From: an uncultured Pseudomonadales bacterium
GTDB lineage: Bacteria > Pseudomonadota > Gammaproteobacteria > Pseudomonadales > Azotimanducaceae
NCBI GenBank assembly: GCA_964628545.1
Contig: CAZVMA010000002.1
Location: 729-27,366 of the forward strand
Length of the DNA: 26,638 nucleotides
Direction of reading: 5' to 3'
Part shown: in pieces, positions 25,188 through 26,638 of the stretch
Numbering within the stretch: the first letter of the stretch is position 1
Layout of the letters: each line of letters starts with the position of its first letter
Notes under the pieces: model-generated
The model's input: only the letters and a program-made list of their open reading frames with translations
The model's database searches: none
What the model was told of the DNA's origin: nothing
Program-made: the position numbers and the translations under genes

Positions 25188-26009
25188 ATGCAGCATCAGG
25201 TGGTGACTGGAGGTTCTTCCGGCGTCGGCGCAGCGCTGGTGCAGCGCCTGGTGGCGCGCGGCGCGACCGTGTTCAACATCGATCGCGCGCCGCCTTCGGA
25301 GCCTGATGGCGCAACCTGGATCGAGTGCGATCTGAGTGAGCCCGAGGCCATCGCGCGCGCGTGCGCGGCGCTGCCCGCGCGTCTTGACGGGCTTGCCAAC
25401 GTAGCCGGCATGGCCCGCGCATTCGACCCGATCAAGGTCATCGCGGTCAATTTCCTGGGCATGCGGGCGCTGACGCGCGCGCTCACGCCCCGGCTGACCT
25501 CGGCCAGCGGCATTGTTTGCGTTTCCTCAATCGCGGGTCGCGACTGGAAACGGCGGTTCGACACGCTGCGCCCACTGCTGGCTACCGAGACCATGGATGA
25601 CGGGCTCGCCTGGTGTCAGGCCAACGCCGGAATGTTCGAGCGCGATCCCTACACGTGGTCAAAACGGGCGGTGACGGCGTGGGTGCTGATGGAGGCCCGC
25701 CTGCACGTGCACGAAGGTACCCGCATTCTTGCGGTCAGCCCGGGCGGTATCGATACGCCGCTGTCGCCGGAATTCGAAGCGCTCATGGGCAAGGCGCAAC
25801 TCGACTGGACGAACGCGCAGACCGGCCGTGCGGCACGGCCGGAGGAAATCGCCGAAGTGCTGGAAACTTTGCTGTGCCAGCCCTGCGGCTGGCTGAACGG
25901 TATCGATGTGCCGGTGGACCGCGGCTACACGGCCGGGCTGGATACCGGCTGGATCGACTTCGCCTCTTCGCCGATCATGCGAGCACGATCGGCGCGAGGG
26001 AACGACTGA
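25188..26009 (+). CDS. SDR, 3-alpha-hydroxysteroid/coniferyl-alcohol dehydrogenase-like
   Basis: VVTGGSSGVG, NVAG, VNFLG, VSSIAG, helical insertion before YTWSK, SPGGIDTPL; AGGAG RBS. Confidence 0.88.
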   Translation: MQHQVVTGGSSGVGAALVQRLVARGATVFNIDRAPPSEPDGATWIECDLSEPEAIARACAALPARLDGLANVAGMARAFDPIKVIAVNFLGMRALTRALTPRLTSASGIVCVSSIAGRDWKRRFDTLRPLLATETMDDGLAWCQANAGMFERDPYTWSKRAVTAWVLMEARLHVHEGTRILAVSPGGIDTPLSPEFEALMGKAQLDWTNAQTGRAARPEEIAEVLETLLCQPCGWLNGIDVPVDRGYTAGLDTGWIDFASSPIMRARSARGND

Positions 26010-26023
26010 GTAAGGTCAGGGAC

Positions 26024-26242
26024 CTACTCGATCGGGTGCGTCTTGCGGCCCTGCATGGGCGACTCGGGGTTGTTCGTGATCCACACGCACAGTTGCGGAT
26101 CGGCCTGCCGCAACTCGCCGGACACCCAGCGGCCGCTGCTGTCGAAAACCCCTTCCACATTGCCTTCACGCACGACGACGTGGCCGTCGGCATTGACCTC
26201 GTACAGGGCTCCCGAAAAGGGATGCTTCATGATTTTGGCCAT
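26024..26242 (-). CDS. Small (72 aa) hypothetical protein directly downstream of a Rieske oxygenase
   Basis: ATG 26242, 11 bp after the upstream stop, with a purine-rich RBS; GC3-rich codons; HPFSGALY...GRWVSGELRQADPQLCVW. Confidence 0.75.
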   Translation of the reverse strand: MAKIMKHPFSGALYEVNADGHVVVREGNVEGVFDSSGRWVSGELRQADPQLCVWITNNPESPMQGRKTHPIE

Positions 26243-26253
26243 GGTGCTTCCCC

Positions 26254-26638
26254 TTACGCGCCCGCTTCCGGGCCGTCGACCCACTCACCCAGCCGGAAGT
26301 GCAGCCAGCGCACCTTGGCTTCGTTGTAGCGGGACAGATACAGGGTCTTCGCGTAGGTCGCTTCCAGACCGGCTTGCACCTTCGGCATGTTGAAGACGTC
26401 CTGATCAAACACCCGACCCAGAAAGCCGTATACGGTCGACCACTTCTGGTCCGGCGCCAGCCACTGCATCTTCGCGGCCGGCGGTCGCTCGCCCTGGAAC
26501 GGCGCCAGCAGGATGCACTCCATGATGCTGGTGCGATGGTCCTCGCCGTTCGGACGGAACCGATAGACGATGCGGTTGAAGGCACCCCACGGGTGGAAAT
26601 TGGGGAACAACGTGTAGTCGAGGTTATCCACCATTTCC
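26254..26638 (-). CDS. Rieske oxygenase alpha subunit (4), C-terminal part; 5' end lies outside the window
   Basis: DYTLFPNF, YRFRP, VFDQDVFNMPKVQAGL, YNEAKVRWLH align with the C-termini of the other three Rieske proteins. Confidence 0.88.
   Translation of the reverse strand, partial: EMVDNLDYTLFPNFHPWGAFNRIVYRFRPNGEDHRTSIMECILLAPFQGERPPAAKMQWLAPDQKWSTVYGFLGRVFDQDVFNMPKVQAGLEATYAKTLYLSRYNEAKVRWLHFRLGEWVDGPEAGA

Noticed and set aside
26024..26242. Transposase or IS remnant
   Set aside because: No DDE/HUH motif, terminal inverted repeats or target-site duplication visible

Overview
High-GC bacterial chromosomal segment (roughly two-thirds G+C by eye) with about 27 genes. I found no rRNA, tRNA, CRISPR array or recognisable mobile element. 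The left part (1-6.2 kb) holds a partial M20 peptidase, a glutathione S-transferase, an ArsS-related radical SAM gene translationally coupled to a secreted, membrane-anchored Cys-type sulfatase, a cyclase-family hydrolase, and an orphan receiver-domain protein preceded by a (GGGGCT)9 repeat. The rest (7-26.6 kb) is a dense oxidative catabolic island. It contains four Rieske oxygenase alpha subunits (two are close paralogs), a carotenoid-cleavage-type oxygenase coupled to an HsaA-like flavin monooxygenase, a LuxR solo, a MaoC hotdog pair, a VOC protein, a P450, two SDRs, two SnoaL/NTF2 proteins, an EthD protein, a PQQ dehydrogenase, a PPOX/F420-type protein and a KstD-like flavoprotein. The strongest unexplained signals are: (i) a LuxR solo with a non-AHL pocket whose stop codon lies inside a lux-box-like dyad, spaced like a -42.5 activator site for the oxygenase operon; (ii) an ATGCA-N4-TGCAT dyad upstream of the three complete Rieske genes; (iii) short 11-13 bp TGAT-core tandem arrays in three intergenic regions; (iv) the radical SAM-sulfatase coupling. 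All functional calls come from motif recognition by eye; no searches were run.
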